Part shown: piece after piece, positions 1 through 8,457 of the stretch
How positions within the stretch are numbered: the first letter of the stretch is position 1
How the letters are laid out: every line of letters starts with the position of its first letter
Assembly: GCA_041946735.1 (NCBI GenBank)
Contig: JBHGAY010000013.1
Location: forward strand, 1 to 64,000
Source: Candidatus Eiseniibacteriota bacterium
Lineage (GTDB): Bacteria; Eisenbacteria; RBG-16-71-46; CAIMUX01; VGJL01
DNA length: 64,000 bases
Direction of reading: 5' to 3'
Translations under genes and position numbers: made by a program
Notes under the pieces: generated by a model
The model's input: the letters and a program-made list of their open reading frames with translations, nothing else
The model's database searches: none
Told to the model about the DNA's origin: nothing

Positions 1-108
1 CCGCCGATGCTGCGGCTGCTCGGCAACCGCATCATCGAGCGCTTCGGCGAGCGCATCGCTGTCGAGCAGCGGAACGGAGTCGGCCGCGACCCGAACGTCC
101 AGCCTTAG
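1..108 (+). CDS. 3' end of an unidentified CDS (partial)
   Basis: Frame +1 is open from base 1 (PPMLRLLGNRIIERFGERIAVEQRNGVGRDPNVQP) to TAG at 106-108, overlapping the stop of the convergent flxA. Confidence 0.45.
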   Translation, partial: PPMLRLLGNRIIERFGERIAVEQRNGVGRDPNVQP

Positions 109-941
109 GCGTCGCTCCCGACCGGCATCGCCATCATCTCCTCGAGCGTGAAGACCGGGCCTTCCTTGCAGACGTAGGTTTGCCCGATGTTGCAGCGGCC
201 GCACTTGCCGATGCCGCACTTCATCCGGTTCTCGAGCGTCGAGTAGACCTGAGGCGGCTCGAAGCCGAGCTTCGTCAGCACCGGCATCGAGAACTTGATC
301 ATGATCGGAGGCCCACAGACGAAGGCGATCGAGTTCTTCGACGGCGGCGCAACCTGGTCGAGCACCGTCGGAACGAAGCCGATCTTCCCCTTCCAGTCGG
401 GCGTCTCACCGCCCGGATCGACCGTCGTCACGAGATCGACGTCCGGCCGCGCCTCCCACTCCGCCAGCTCGTTCTTGTACACCAGGTCGGCGACCGAGCG
501 CGCGCCGTAGACGATCCGTACCTTCCCGTACTTGTCGCGCTCGTCGAGCACGTTCCAGATGACGCAGCGCAGTGGCGGCAGGGCGATCCCGCCGATCACG
601 AACAGGAGATCCTTGCCGTGGAACGACTCCATCGGGAAGTGATTGCCGTACGGCCCGCGGAAGCCGATCGTGTCGCCGGCCTCTTTCTTGCGCAGCGACT
701 CGGTCACCTTGCCGACCGCGCGGAAAGTGCACTCGATGTATCCCTTGCGTGTCGGAGGCGAGGCGATGCAGAAGGTGGACTCCCCTTCCCCGAAGACGGA
801 GTAGAGGCCGAACTGTCCGGCCCGGAACGAGAAGCGCTCGCGCATCCCTTCGTCCTGGAAGACGAGCTTGAACGACTTGACGTCCGGGGTCTCCTGCCGG
901 ACCTCCTCGATCCGCATCAAATGTGGCGTGTAGACCCTCAT
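105..941 (-). CDS. flxA: FAD/NAD(P)-binding oxidoreductase with C-terminal 2Fe-2S site (FlxA / HydG / AsrB family)
   Basis: MRVYTPHLMRI start overlaps the upstream stop (ATGA). Motifs FRAGQF, RGPYGN, GGIALPP, CGPPIM, ENRMKCGIGKCGRCNIG and VCKEGPV. Last gene of the hdr-flx operon. Confidence 0.9.
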   Translation of the reverse strand: MRVYTPHLMRIEEVRQETPDVKSFKLVFQDEGMRERFSFRAGQFGLYSVFGEGESTFCIASPPTRKGYIECTFRAVGKVTESLRKKEAGDTIGFRGPYGNHFPMESFHGKDLLFVIGGIALPPLRCVIWNVLDERDKYGKVRIVYGARSVADLVYKNELAEWEARPDVDLVTTVDPGGETPDWKGKIGFVPTVLDQVAPPSKNSIAFVCGPPIMIKFSMPVLTKLGFEPPQVYSTLENRMKCGIGKCGRCNIGQTYVCKEGPVFTLEEMMAMPVGSDA

Positions 942-2041
942 CCCCGGCCTCCCTCGCGCGCCGCGGGCGCCGCCGGCGCCGCCTTCGCGCCCGCGCCCGC
1001 TTCCGATTCGGCCGCCGCCGGCGCTCCTTCCCCTTGCTCCGCCGCCCGCTGCAGCACCTCGACAAGGTCCATCCCGCCCGGACAGGCCGAAACGCACCGG
1101 CCGCATCCAGTGCAGAGGAGCTTGCCGAACTTCTCCGGATAGAAGACGAACTTGTGGTAGACGCGCTGGCGGTAGCGATTCCACTGATGCGGGCGCGGAT
1201 TGTGCCCCGTCGCGTGGAGCGTGAAGTGATCGAACTGGCAGGAGTCCCAGTTGCGCACGCGTGCGCCGCGCCGCCAGTCCCCCTCGTCGACCATGTCGAA
1301 GCAGTGGCAGGAGGGACAGACGTAGGCGCACGCGCCGCATCCGAGACAGGACTCCGCGACCTTCTCCCAGAGCGGATCCTCGAACGCCCCCGCGCCCGCC
1401 ATCCAGGCGCGCGCCCCCGCGACGTCCACCGCCTGCGTGCGCACCGGCTCGCCGATCGGCGGACCCTCCGCGATCGGCCCCGGCGCCCCCGCGAGCGATT
1501 CACGCCCCGCGTCCGTGAGCGCGACGACCCGATAGCGCGTCTCGCCGCCAGCATCGACCGGCTCGATCGCGACGTCCGCCCCTTCGGCCCGCCGCGGGTC
1601 GATCCCGCAGGAGGTGCAGAAGCATGCCTCGGGCTCCGGGACCTTTGCGCACCCGAGCGAGACGAGCAGCGTCGCCTTGCGCCGCTCCTCGTACGGCTCG
1701 TCCTCGTAGTCCCACCGCATCACCGGATCGAGCGCCCGCAGCCCCGCCACGTCGCAGGAGCGCAGCAGGAACAGGACGGTCGGCGGCGCCGCGATCGGAG
1801 GCTCCACGATCTCTGGAGGATCGGCGGCGAGGTCGTAGGTGAAGAGCGTCTCGTGCTGCGGGAGCAGCCAGGCGCGCGGCGAGATCGAGGTGCGGCCGTA
1901 GTCCCACGAGATCGCCTCGGGGTCATCGACCGGCGCCCACACCGCCCCTTCCGGCCCCGCGACCGGCGCGATCACGCGGCGCGACTTCGCGAGCGCCCGC
2001 GCCCAAGTCTTCAGATCGGCCAGCGTCCAGAACTCTGCCAT
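938..2041 (-). CDS. flxB: 4Fe-4S dicluster protein (FlxB / HydB / AsrA family)
   Basis: RSCD, CFC, CLGCGACAYVCPSCHCF, RNWDSC and CTGCGRCVSACP motifs. GGAGG precedes the ATG at 2041; alternative start at 2050. Confidence 0.88.
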   Translation of the reverse strand: MAEFWTLADLKTWARALAKSRRVIAPVAGPEGAVWAPVDDPEAISWDYGRTSISPRAWLLPQHETLFTYDLAADPPEIVEPPIAAPPTVLFLLRSCDVAGLRALDPVMRWDYEDEPYEERRKATLLVSLGCAKVPEPEACFCTSCGIDPRRAEGADVAIEPVDAGGETRYRVVALTDAGRESLAGAPGPIAEGPPIGEPVRTQAVDVAGARAWMAGAGAFEDPLWEKVAESCLGCGACAYVCPSCHCFDMVDEGDWRRGARVRNWDSCQFDHFTLHATGHNPRPHQWNRYRQRVYHKFVFYPEKFGKLLCTGCGRCVSACPGGMDLVEVLQRAAEQGEGAPAAAESEAGAGAKAAPAAPAAREGGRG

Positions 2042-2075
2042 GACCTCCATGCCTCCTGAATGTCTCCTGGGCGAA

Positions 2076-3329
2076 TCACAGGATGAACGGCGCCTCGTCG
2101 GCGGTCTCGTAACGGATCAGCGGGGAGCGGATCGCGTCGCCTTCCTTCCCGCGCGGCCCGAAGTGCTTTTCCGCCGCCGCGATCATCGATCGGTTGAGCG
2201 CGAGAAGCGGGATTCCGACCGGGCACGCCTCCTCGCACGCTCCGCAGCCGACGCAGCGGCCGGAGAGATGGAAGGCGCGCGTCACGTTCCAGATCCAGTT
2301 GCCGGCCGGCGTCGCGGAGGAGTCGATCCATCGCGGCCGGGTTTTCTCCTGCACGCAGCGCACACAGCTGCAGAGCGAGCACGACTCGCGGCAGGCGTTG
2401 CAGCGCAGGCAGCGCGCGAACTGCGCCGTCCAGTAGTCCCATCGCTCGCTCGCCGGACGGTCGAGGCCCGGCGCGCCGCACGCCGCCAGTGGATCGGCCG
2501 CTTCGGCGGGGAGCGCTGCCTCCTGGTGGTAGACGCGCACGCGATCCTGCGGGATCTGGCTTTCGGCGAGCAGCAGCGCGATCGCCTCCGCCTCCTTGGG
2601 GCCTGCGACGATCCCGTAGACGCCTTCCGGGTCCTCGCGGAGCCGGCGCACGAGGTGGGTGATGAGCGCCGGCTGCCGCGAGGTCGCGAAGAGCAGGTCG
2701 TCGACCGACTCTGCCTCCGTCATCCAGGTCGGGGAGAGCGTTCCCGTCCGCCTTCCCTTCCGGTATCCGAGGACGGCCCGCACCTTGCCGTCGCGCAGGT
2801 CCTCGCGGACCGGCCCGCCATCGGGGAGCGAGGTGATCGGAACCGGATCGCGACGCGAGGACAGAGGCGCCATCGCCAGCTCCGGCCTGCGAGGAGCGAA
2901 GCCGGGGAACGGTCCCAGCTCTAGCACCGAGTCGGTCACCTTCTTCACGACGTCGACGAACTTCGCCCCTTCGGCCGCCGACACCCAGGAGAAGTGCTGG
3001 CGTCCCGGGTCGAGGCCGATCAGGTTCAAGAGCTCGGTGAACAGCACCCAGCGCCGGCGGGCATAGTAGTTGCCGCTGATGTAGTGGCAGTCGCCCGGAT
3101 GGCATCCGGAGACCAGGATCCCGTCGGCCCCCATCTCGAAGCCGCGGAGCAGGAACAGCGGATCGATCCTCCCCGAGCACGGGAGCTTCACGATCCGGAT
3201 CTGCGGGGGATACTTCAGCCGGCTCGTCCCGGCGAGATCCGCCCCCGCGTAGGTGCACCAGCGGCACACGAACGCCAGGATCCTCGGCTGCCAGTCCTTC
3301 TCGAGTTCGACTTGCGGTTCTGCGCTCAT
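2076..3329 (-). CDS. flxCD: MvhD-like 2Fe-2S domain fused to a 4Fe-4S dicluster domain (FlxCD fusion)
   Basis: N-terminal MvhD motifs FVCRWCTYAGADLAG, PCSGRIDP and SGCHPGDCHYISGN. C-terminal CLRCNACRESCSLCSC and CVGCGACEEACP. Confidence 0.88.
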   Translation of the reverse strand: MSAEPQVELEKDWQPRILAFVCRWCTYAGADLAGTSRLKYPPQIRIVKLPCSGRIDPLFLLRGFEMGADGILVSGCHPGDCHYISGNYYARRRWVLFTELLNLIGLDPGRQHFSWVSAAEGAKFVDVVKKVTDSVLELGPFPGFAPRRPELAMAPLSSRRDPVPITSLPDGGPVREDLRDGKVRAVLGYRKGRRTGTLSPTWMTEAESVDDLLFATSRQPALITHLVRRLREDPEGVYGIVAGPKEAEAIALLLAESQIPQDRVRVYHQEAALPAEAADPLAACGAPGLDRPASERWDYWTAQFARCLRCNACRESCSLCSCVRCVQEKTRPRWIDSSATPAGNWIWNVTRAFHLSGRCVGCGACEEACPVGIPLLALNRSMIAAAEKHFGPRGKEGDAIRSPLIRYETADEAPFIL

Positions 3330-3354
3330 CTCGCCCTCGATCCTCCCCTCCGCC

Positions 3355-5358
3355 TCACGGACGAAGCGCGCCGATCTGCGCGAAGACCTGCTCGTCGGTG
3401 TATCCCGCCAGCTCGAGCGACTTCGATGGGCAGGTCGCCTGGCAGGTGCCGCAGCCGTTGCAGACGCCGCTGTTGATGCGCGCGACGCGACGCAGCAGCC
3501 GTCCCTGGCGATCCCGCACCTCGATCTCCTCGACCGCGCCGTAGGGACAGACCGCCTTGCATGCGAAGCATCCGGCGCAGGTCGTCTCGTTCACCTTCGC
3601 GACGACCGGCTCCCGCTCGAGCACGTCGCGCGAGAAGAGGACCATCGCCTTCGAGGCGGCCGCGCTCGCCTGCGCAACCGATTCCGGAATGTCCTTCGGA
3701 CCCTGGCAGGCTCCGGCGAGGAAGATCCCCGCCGCGGCCGACTCGACCGGGCGCAGCTTTGGATGCGCCTCGGAGTAGAACGCGGCGCCGTCGTAGCCCA
3801 CGCCGAAGAGCTGGGCCAGGCGGGCGGCGTTCGGCTGCGGCCGGATCGCCGTCGCCAGGACGACCAGGTCGGCGCGGATCTCCATCGGACGAGCGGAGAG
3901 CGTGTCGACTCCGGAGACCACGATCTGCCCGCCGTCCTCGTACATTCTCGAGACGCGCCCGCGGAGGTAGAGGACCTCGTCCTCCTCGACCGCGCGGCGC
4001 ACGAACTCGTCGTACCCCTTGCCGGGCGCGCGGACGTCCATGTAGAAGACGATCGCCCGGCCGTCGTGGACCTTGTGCTTGTACAGCAGGGCATGCTTCG
4101 CCGTGTACATGCAGCAGATCTTCGAGCAGTAGTCGATCCCCTTCGCAGGATCGCGGCTCCCGATGCACTGCAGGAAGACGATCGTCTTGGGAATCTTGCC
4201 GTCGGACGGGCGGCGGATCTCTCCGCCTGTCGGGCCGGATGCGGAGGCCAGCCTCTCGAATTGCAGCCCATCGATGACGTCGGCCAGCCTCCCGCCTCCG
4301 TACTCCTCGTATCCGCGCAGTCCGCTCCCCTCCGGCTGCGCTCCGATCTCGTAGAGCTGGTAGCCGGTAGCCAGGACGACCGCTCCCACCGGCTCGACGA
4401 CCAGCTCGTCCTGCTGGTCGAAGTCGACCGCCTGCGGCCCGCAGAGCTTCTTGCAGACGCCGCACTTTCCGTTCTTGAAGTAGGTGCATTGCTCGCGATC
4501 GATCACCGGTTTGTTCGGGACGGCCTGCGGGAACGGAATGTAGATCGCCGAGCGCATGCCGAGACCGGCGTCGAACGCGGAGGGGATCTTCTTCTGCGGG
4601 CACTTCGTCTGGCAGACGCCACAGCCGGTGCACTTCGTGATGTCGACCGAGCGGGCCTTCTTGCGGACCGTCACGCGGAAGTTGCCGATGAACCCCTCGA
4701 CCTTCTCGACCTCCGAGTACGTGTGGAGCGTGATCTTCGGATGCTGCGCGACCTCGACCATCCGCGGGGTGAGAATGCACTGCGAGCAGTCGAGCGTCGG
4801 GAAGGTTTCGGAGAGCTGGCTCATGTGGCCGCCGATCGACGGCTCCTTCTCGACCATGACGACCTCGATCCCCGCGTTCGCGAGGTCGAGCGCCGCCTGG
4901 ATCCCCGCGATCCCGCCGCCGACGACGAGCGCGCGCCGCGTCACTGGCACCTGGATCGGGATCAGGTCCTCGTTGCGCTTGACCTTCTCGTACATCATCC
5001 GCACGAGATCGATCGCCTTCGCCGTCGCCGCCTCACGGTCCTCATGCACCCAGGAGCAGTGCTCGCGGACGTTGACCATCTCGCAGCGGAACGGGTTCAC
5101 TCCCTCGCCGGCGGTCGCGCGCCGGAAGGTCGGCTCGTGCATGGCGGGACTGCAGGCCGCGACCACGACGCCATCGAGGTGGTGCTCGCGGATCGCGTTG
5201 CGGATCAGGTTCTGTCCCGGGTCGGAGCACATGTACTTGTAGTCGACCGCGACGACGACACCGGGCAGCTTGCCCGACGCCTCGGCGACGCGCGCGCAGT
5301 CGACGGTCCGGCCGATGTTCTCACCGCAGTGGCAGACGAAGACGCCGATCCTAGACAC
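3355..5358 (-). CDS. hdrA: Heterodisulfide reductase subunit A (FAD, Fe-S; electron-bifurcating)
   Basis: RIGVFVCHCGENI, AACSP, NVREHCSWVH, VGGGIAG, FPTLDCSQCILTP, CIGSRD, YCSKICCMY, GACQGPKDI, plus ferredoxin motifs. Confidence 0.97.
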   Translation of the reverse strand: MSRIGVFVCHCGENIGRTVDCARVAEASGKLPGVVVAVDYKYMCSDPGQNLIRNAIREHHLDGVVVAACSPAMHEPTFRRATAGEGVNPFRCEMVNVREHCSWVHEDREAATAKAIDLVRMMYEKVKRNEDLIPIQVPVTRRALVVGGGIAGIQAALDLANAGIEVVMVEKEPSIGGHMSQLSETFPTLDCSQCILTPRMVEVAQHPKITLHTYSEVEKVEGFIGNFRVTVRKKARSVDITKCTGCGVCQTKCPQKKIPSAFDAGLGMRSAIYIPFPQAVPNKPVIDREQCTYFKNGKCGVCKKLCGPQAVDFDQQDELVVEPVGAVVLATGYQLYEIGAQPEGSGLRGYEEYGGGRLADVIDGLQFERLASASGPTGGEIRRPSDGKIPKTIVFLQCIGSRDPAKGIDYCSKICCMYTAKHALLYKHKVHDGRAIVFYMDVRAPGKGYDEFVRRAVEEDEVLYLRGRVSRMYEDGGQIVVSGVDTLSARPMEIRADLVVLATAIRPQPNAARLAQLFGVGYDGAAFYSEAHPKLRPVESAAAGIFLAGACQGPKDIPESVAQASAAASKAMVLFSRDVLEREPVVAKVNETTCAGCFACKAVCPYGAVEEIEVRDRQGRLLRRVARINSGVCNGCGTCQATCPSKSLELAGYTDEQVFAQIGALRP

Positions 5359-6238
5359 GGGCCGCCCCCTCCCCCGCCAGCAGGCGGTCGATCGGAACGG
5401 GAATGAAATGTCTCTTCAGTCCCAGCCGGTCCGCCGAGATCCCCAGCGCGAGCCCGACGAGCTGCGTCAGGTAGACGACCGGGATCCGCCACGACTCCCC
5501 GCGCCGCTTCTGGATCGCGTCCTGCTTGAAGTCGAGGTTCGAGTGGCAGAGCGGGCAGGCGACCAGGACGACGTTCGCGCCTCGCTCGTGCGCCTTCGCG
5601 AGGATCTTGCCGGAAAGGTCCATCACGAGATCCGGGCGGGGCAGCGCCATCGACGCGCCGCAGCAATCGAGCCGCAGCGGCCAGTCGACCGGCTCCGCTC
5701 CGAGGCGGCGCACGAGATCCTCGAGGATCTGCGGGTTCTCCGGATCGTCCACCGCGCCGGCGCCGCGCGGCCGCGTGAGCAGGCATCCGTAGTAGCAGGC
5801 GACCTTCAGCCCGGCGAGCGGCCGGGTGATCGCGGCCTTCAGGCGGTCCGCCATCTCCTCGCTCGCGAGCACCTGCGCGATGTGGAGCACCGGGAGGTCC
5901 GGGTCGAACGACGCGCCGAGCCCTCCGTCTCCGCGGCCGATCGAAGCCGGGTGCTCACGCGCCTCTTCGGCGACCGTGCGGAGACGGGAGAAGCACGAGG
6001 CGCAGCCGGTCAGGAGAGGTCCGGCGCCCGACTTCGCCGCCTGCCCGAGGTTCCACAGTCCCAGGATCTTCGCGGCCTTCGGATCGAGCGCGTGCGCCGG
6101 CGTCGCGCCGCAGCAGCACCAGTCGTCGATCTCCTTCAGCTCCCATCCGAGGAGCCCCGCGATCGCGCGGATCGACTCGTCGTACTCGCGCGCGGTCGCG
6201 TGGAGCGAGCAGCCGGGGAAGTAGGCGTAACGGCTCAT
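5351..6238 (-). CDS. hdrB: Heterodisulfide reductase subunit B (two CCG domains)
   Basis: YFPGCSL, WCCCGA, CASCF, YYGCLL, DCCGA and ACPLCHSNLD motifs. Confidence 0.95.
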   Translation of the reverse strand: MSRYAYFPGCSLHATAREYDESIRAIAGLLGWELKEIDDWCCCGATPAHALDPKAAKILGLWNLGQAAKSGAGPLLTGCASCFSRLRTVAEEAREHPASIGRGDGGLGASFDPDLPVLHIAQVLASEEMADRLKAAITRPLAGLKVACYYGCLLTRPRGAGAVDDPENPQILEDLVRRLGAEPVDWPLRLDCCGASMALPRPDLVMDLSGKILAKAHERGANVVLVACPLCHSNLDFKQDAIQKRRGESWRIPVVYLTQLVGLALGISADRLGLKRHFIPVPIDRLLAGEGAARV

Positions 6239-6765
6239 CGCGCATCACCTCCCGCGGCCTTCCGGGCCCGGCCCGGTCCGCCGACGCGCTTGCCGCCGAT
6301 CTTCACCTTCCCGCGAGCAAGGAGCGAGGGGAGCGACCCGACGTTCGCGAAGAAGGAAGCGGTCTTCAGGTTGTAGAAGGCCCCGAGCTGGACTTCCGAG
6401 AGACGCCCGCGCGCGAGGACCTGATCGAGGAAGATGCGGTTGAATGCCGCGATCCGCTTCGCCTCGACCGGGACCGTCCCGCGGCGCTCCGCCTCCTCGC
6501 GGAGGAAGTCCATCACGCGAGAGAGGTCGAGCTCCTGCGGACAGCGGACGGCGCAGGTCTGGCATCCGACGCAGAGCCAGGGCTGGAGCGCGCGGAGCGG
6601 CTCGTCGCTCTCGATCTGGAGATGCCGGAAGATCTGGTGCGGCAGAAGATCCCCTTCACCGGCGACGGGACAGCCGGCGGAGCAGTTACCGCACTGGTAG
6701 CAGCGAAACGGATTCTGCCCGGTGGCTTCGGCCACGCGGACACGGAGCGCCAACGAACCCGCCAT
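6235..6765 (-). CDS. hdrC: Heterodisulfide reductase subunit C (2x 4Fe-4S)
   Basis: CYQCGNCSAGCP and WLCVGCQTCAVRCP; GGAGG RBS; 4-bp overlap with hdrB. Confidence 0.93.
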   Translation of the reverse strand: MAGSLALRVRVAEATGQNPFRCYQCGNCSAGCPVAGEGDLLPHQIFRHLQIESDEPLRALQPWLCVGCQTCAVRCPQELDLSRVMDFLREEAERRGTVPVEAKRIAAFNRIFLDQVLARGRLSEVQLGAFYNLKTASFFANVGSLPSLLARGKVKIGGKRVGGPGRARKAAGGDAR

Positions 6766-6804
6766 CCTCCACCTCCACCCAATGCTTGGCGACTCGGGGC
6801 TCTT

Positions 6805-6822
6805 ATGTGAATGCCATCACAA
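6805..6822. promoter_or_regulatory. Palindromic operator, Rex-like (also a perfect CRP/FNR-family TGTGA-N6-TCACA)
   Basis: ATGTGAATGCCATCACAA matches the Rex consensus TTGTGAA-N4-TTCACAA with 2 mismatches. It lies directly downstream of the -10 box of the hdr-flx promoter. Confidence 0.7.
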
Positions 6823-6850
6823 TCGTAAGACGGGGGCGAATCGGTGTCAA
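6822..6850 (-). promoter_or_regulatory. Sigma70-type promoter of the hdr-flx operon
   Basis: Minus strand TTGACA (6850-6845), 17 bp spacer, TACGAT (6827-6822). Confidence 0.75.
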
Positions 6851-6854
6851 CCGG

Positions 6855-6885
6855 CCCTTCCGGGCCTGGATGAGCCCGGGAAGGG
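6855..6885 (-). terminator. Possible hairpin downstream of the POT transporter
   Basis: Inverted repeat CCCTTCCGGGC / GCCCGGGAAGGG with one bulge; no clear U-tract. Confidence 0.3.
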
Positions 6886-6906
6886 GAATCGATGCCTCCC
6901 CTCCGG

Positions 6907-8337
6907 TCAGGCGGCGCCGATGTCGTGCGCTCGTACGATGCGGTTCAGCGGACGGCTGACCGCATAGATCGCCAGACCGGCGGCGACGCCGAGGACGCAG
7001 AGCATCAGGAAGAAGCCGCCGCGCGGCATCTTCTCCCAGAAGGTGCCGAGGAATCCGCTCAGGTAGTTGCCGAAGAAGCTCGAGAGGAACCAGATGCCCA
7101 TCGTCATCGAGGCGATCCGCGCGGGCGCCACCTTCGTGACGAGCGAGAGCCCGATCGGCGAGAGGTACAGCTCCCCGACCGTGAGAACGAGCGTCGTGCC
7201 GGCGAGCCAGAGGACGCTTCGCCGCTCGTCGGGCGTCATGCCGTGGGATCCCGCGATCATGACGAGGAAGGAGAGGCCGAGCAGCACGCAGCCGATCGAC
7301 ATCTTGATCACGCTCGACGGCTCGCGGTTCCTCCTCGACTGCCATCCCCAGAAGACGTTCAGCAGCGGCGCGAAGATGAAGATCATCGCCGGGTTGAACG
7401 CCTGGTACCAGGTCGAGGGGATCCGGATCCCGCCGAAGGTCCAGTTCGCGTTCCGGTCGGCCCAGAGCTGCATCGTGTTCCCCTGCTGCTCGTAGACCGC
7501 CCAGAAGATGACGTTCAGGCCGCAGAGGGCGGCAAGCGCCCAGACGCGCTTCCATTCCTCGCGCGTGAGCGGCTGCTTCGCCGGAGCGGCGACCAGGCCG
7601 TTCTCCTTGCGCCGCATGATCAGGTCGGGCGCGAGGTATCGCTGTCCCGCCAGGTAGAGGCAGAGGCCGAGGACCATCCCCACGCCGGCGGCGCCGAAGC
7701 CGTAGTGCCAGCCATAGCGCTGTCCGAGGGTGCCGCAGATCAGCGGCGAGAGGAACGCGCCCAGGTTGATTCCCATGTAGAAGATCGTGAACGCGCGATC
7801 GCGGCGCGGATCGCCGGGCGGGTAGAGGCTGCCGACCTGGGTCGAGATGTTCGGCTTGAACGCCCCGTTGCCGGCGATCAGGAAGAGCAGCGCGAGGAAG
7901 AAGAGGCTCTCCACCGCCATGAGGAAGTGGCCGATCGCCATCAGGACCGCGCCGAGCACCACCGTGCGCCGCTGTCCGAGGACGCGGTCGGCGAGCATGC
8001 CGCCGAAGAGCGGCGTCAGATAGACGAACGCCGTGTAGAGCCCGTAGATCTGCGACGAGAGCGGCTGGATCGCGAGCGGACCGAAGAGCGTCTCGAGCGT
8101 TCCCTTGACGAAGCCGAAGCCCACCACCTTCTGCGTGACGTCCGGGCGCAGGAAGAGATGGTCGACCATGTACAGGACGAGGAGCGATCGCATCCCGTAG
8201 TACGAGAAGCGCTCCCACATCTCCGTGAAGAAGAGCAGGAAGAGCCCGGGCGGATGGCCGAGGATCGTGCGGCCGGCCTTCGGAACGTGACTTGCACTTA
8301 CGGAAAGGGGGTCTTGGGGGGCGCGCATCGAGCTCAT
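6907..8337 (-). CDS. Proton-dependent oligopeptide transporter (POT/PTR, MFS)
   Basis: GHPPGL, EMWERFSYYGMR (ExxER motif), GGMLADRVLG, GNGAFKPNIS, FYMGINLGA and GELYLSPIG. Start estimated; the ORF-track extension to 9090 is not credible. Confidence 0.93.
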   Translation of the reverse strand: MSSMRAPQDPLSVSASHVPKAGRTILGHPPGLFLLFFTEMWERFSYYGMRSLLVLYMVDHLFLRPDVTQKVVGFGFVKGTLETLFGPLAIQPLSSQIYGLYTAFVYLTPLFGGMLADRVLGQRRTVVLGAVLMAIGHFLMAVESLFFLALLFLIAGNGAFKPNISTQVGSLYPPGDPRRDRAFTIFYMGINLGAFLSPLICGTLGQRYGWHYGFGAAGVGMVLGLCLYLAGQRYLAPDLIMRRKENGLVAAPAKQPLTREEWKRVWALAALCGLNVIFWAVYEQQGNTMQLWADRNANWTFGGIRIPSTWYQAFNPAMIFIFAPLLNVFWGWQSRRNREPSSVIKMSIGCVLLGLSFLVMIAGSHGMTPDERRSVLWLAGTTLVLTVGELYLSPIGLSLVTKVAPARIASMTMGIWFLSSFFGNYLSGFLGTFWEKMPRGGFFLMLCVLGVAAGLAIYAVSRPLNRIVRAHDIGAA

Positions 8338-8409
8338 GCGAAGGAGTGAACGGCGTCGCGGCCTTCGAATGCAAGCGTTCGTTCGCTGGAAAGCCGCGAA
8401 GGCGAGGCT

Positions 8410-8457
8410 GCCGTCGACAGACGAAACTGGCCGTTCGACAGACGAAACTAGCCGTCG
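8410..8457. repeat. About 21-bp tandem repeat x2.3 across the NlpC/P60 stop codon
   Basis: GCCGTCGACAGACGAAACTG / GCCGTTCGACAGACGAAACTA / GCCGTCG. Confidence 0.75.

Noticed and set aside
105..2041. Annotation as anaerobic sulfite reductase AsrAB or sulfhydrogenase
   Set aside because: No asrC or NiFe hydrogenase subunits are present; the context with hdrABC and mvhD indicates Flx.
2076..5358. Possible selenocysteine recoding in hdrA or the mvhD-like domain
   Set aside because: Both frames are uninterrupted and the relevant positions are Cys codons.
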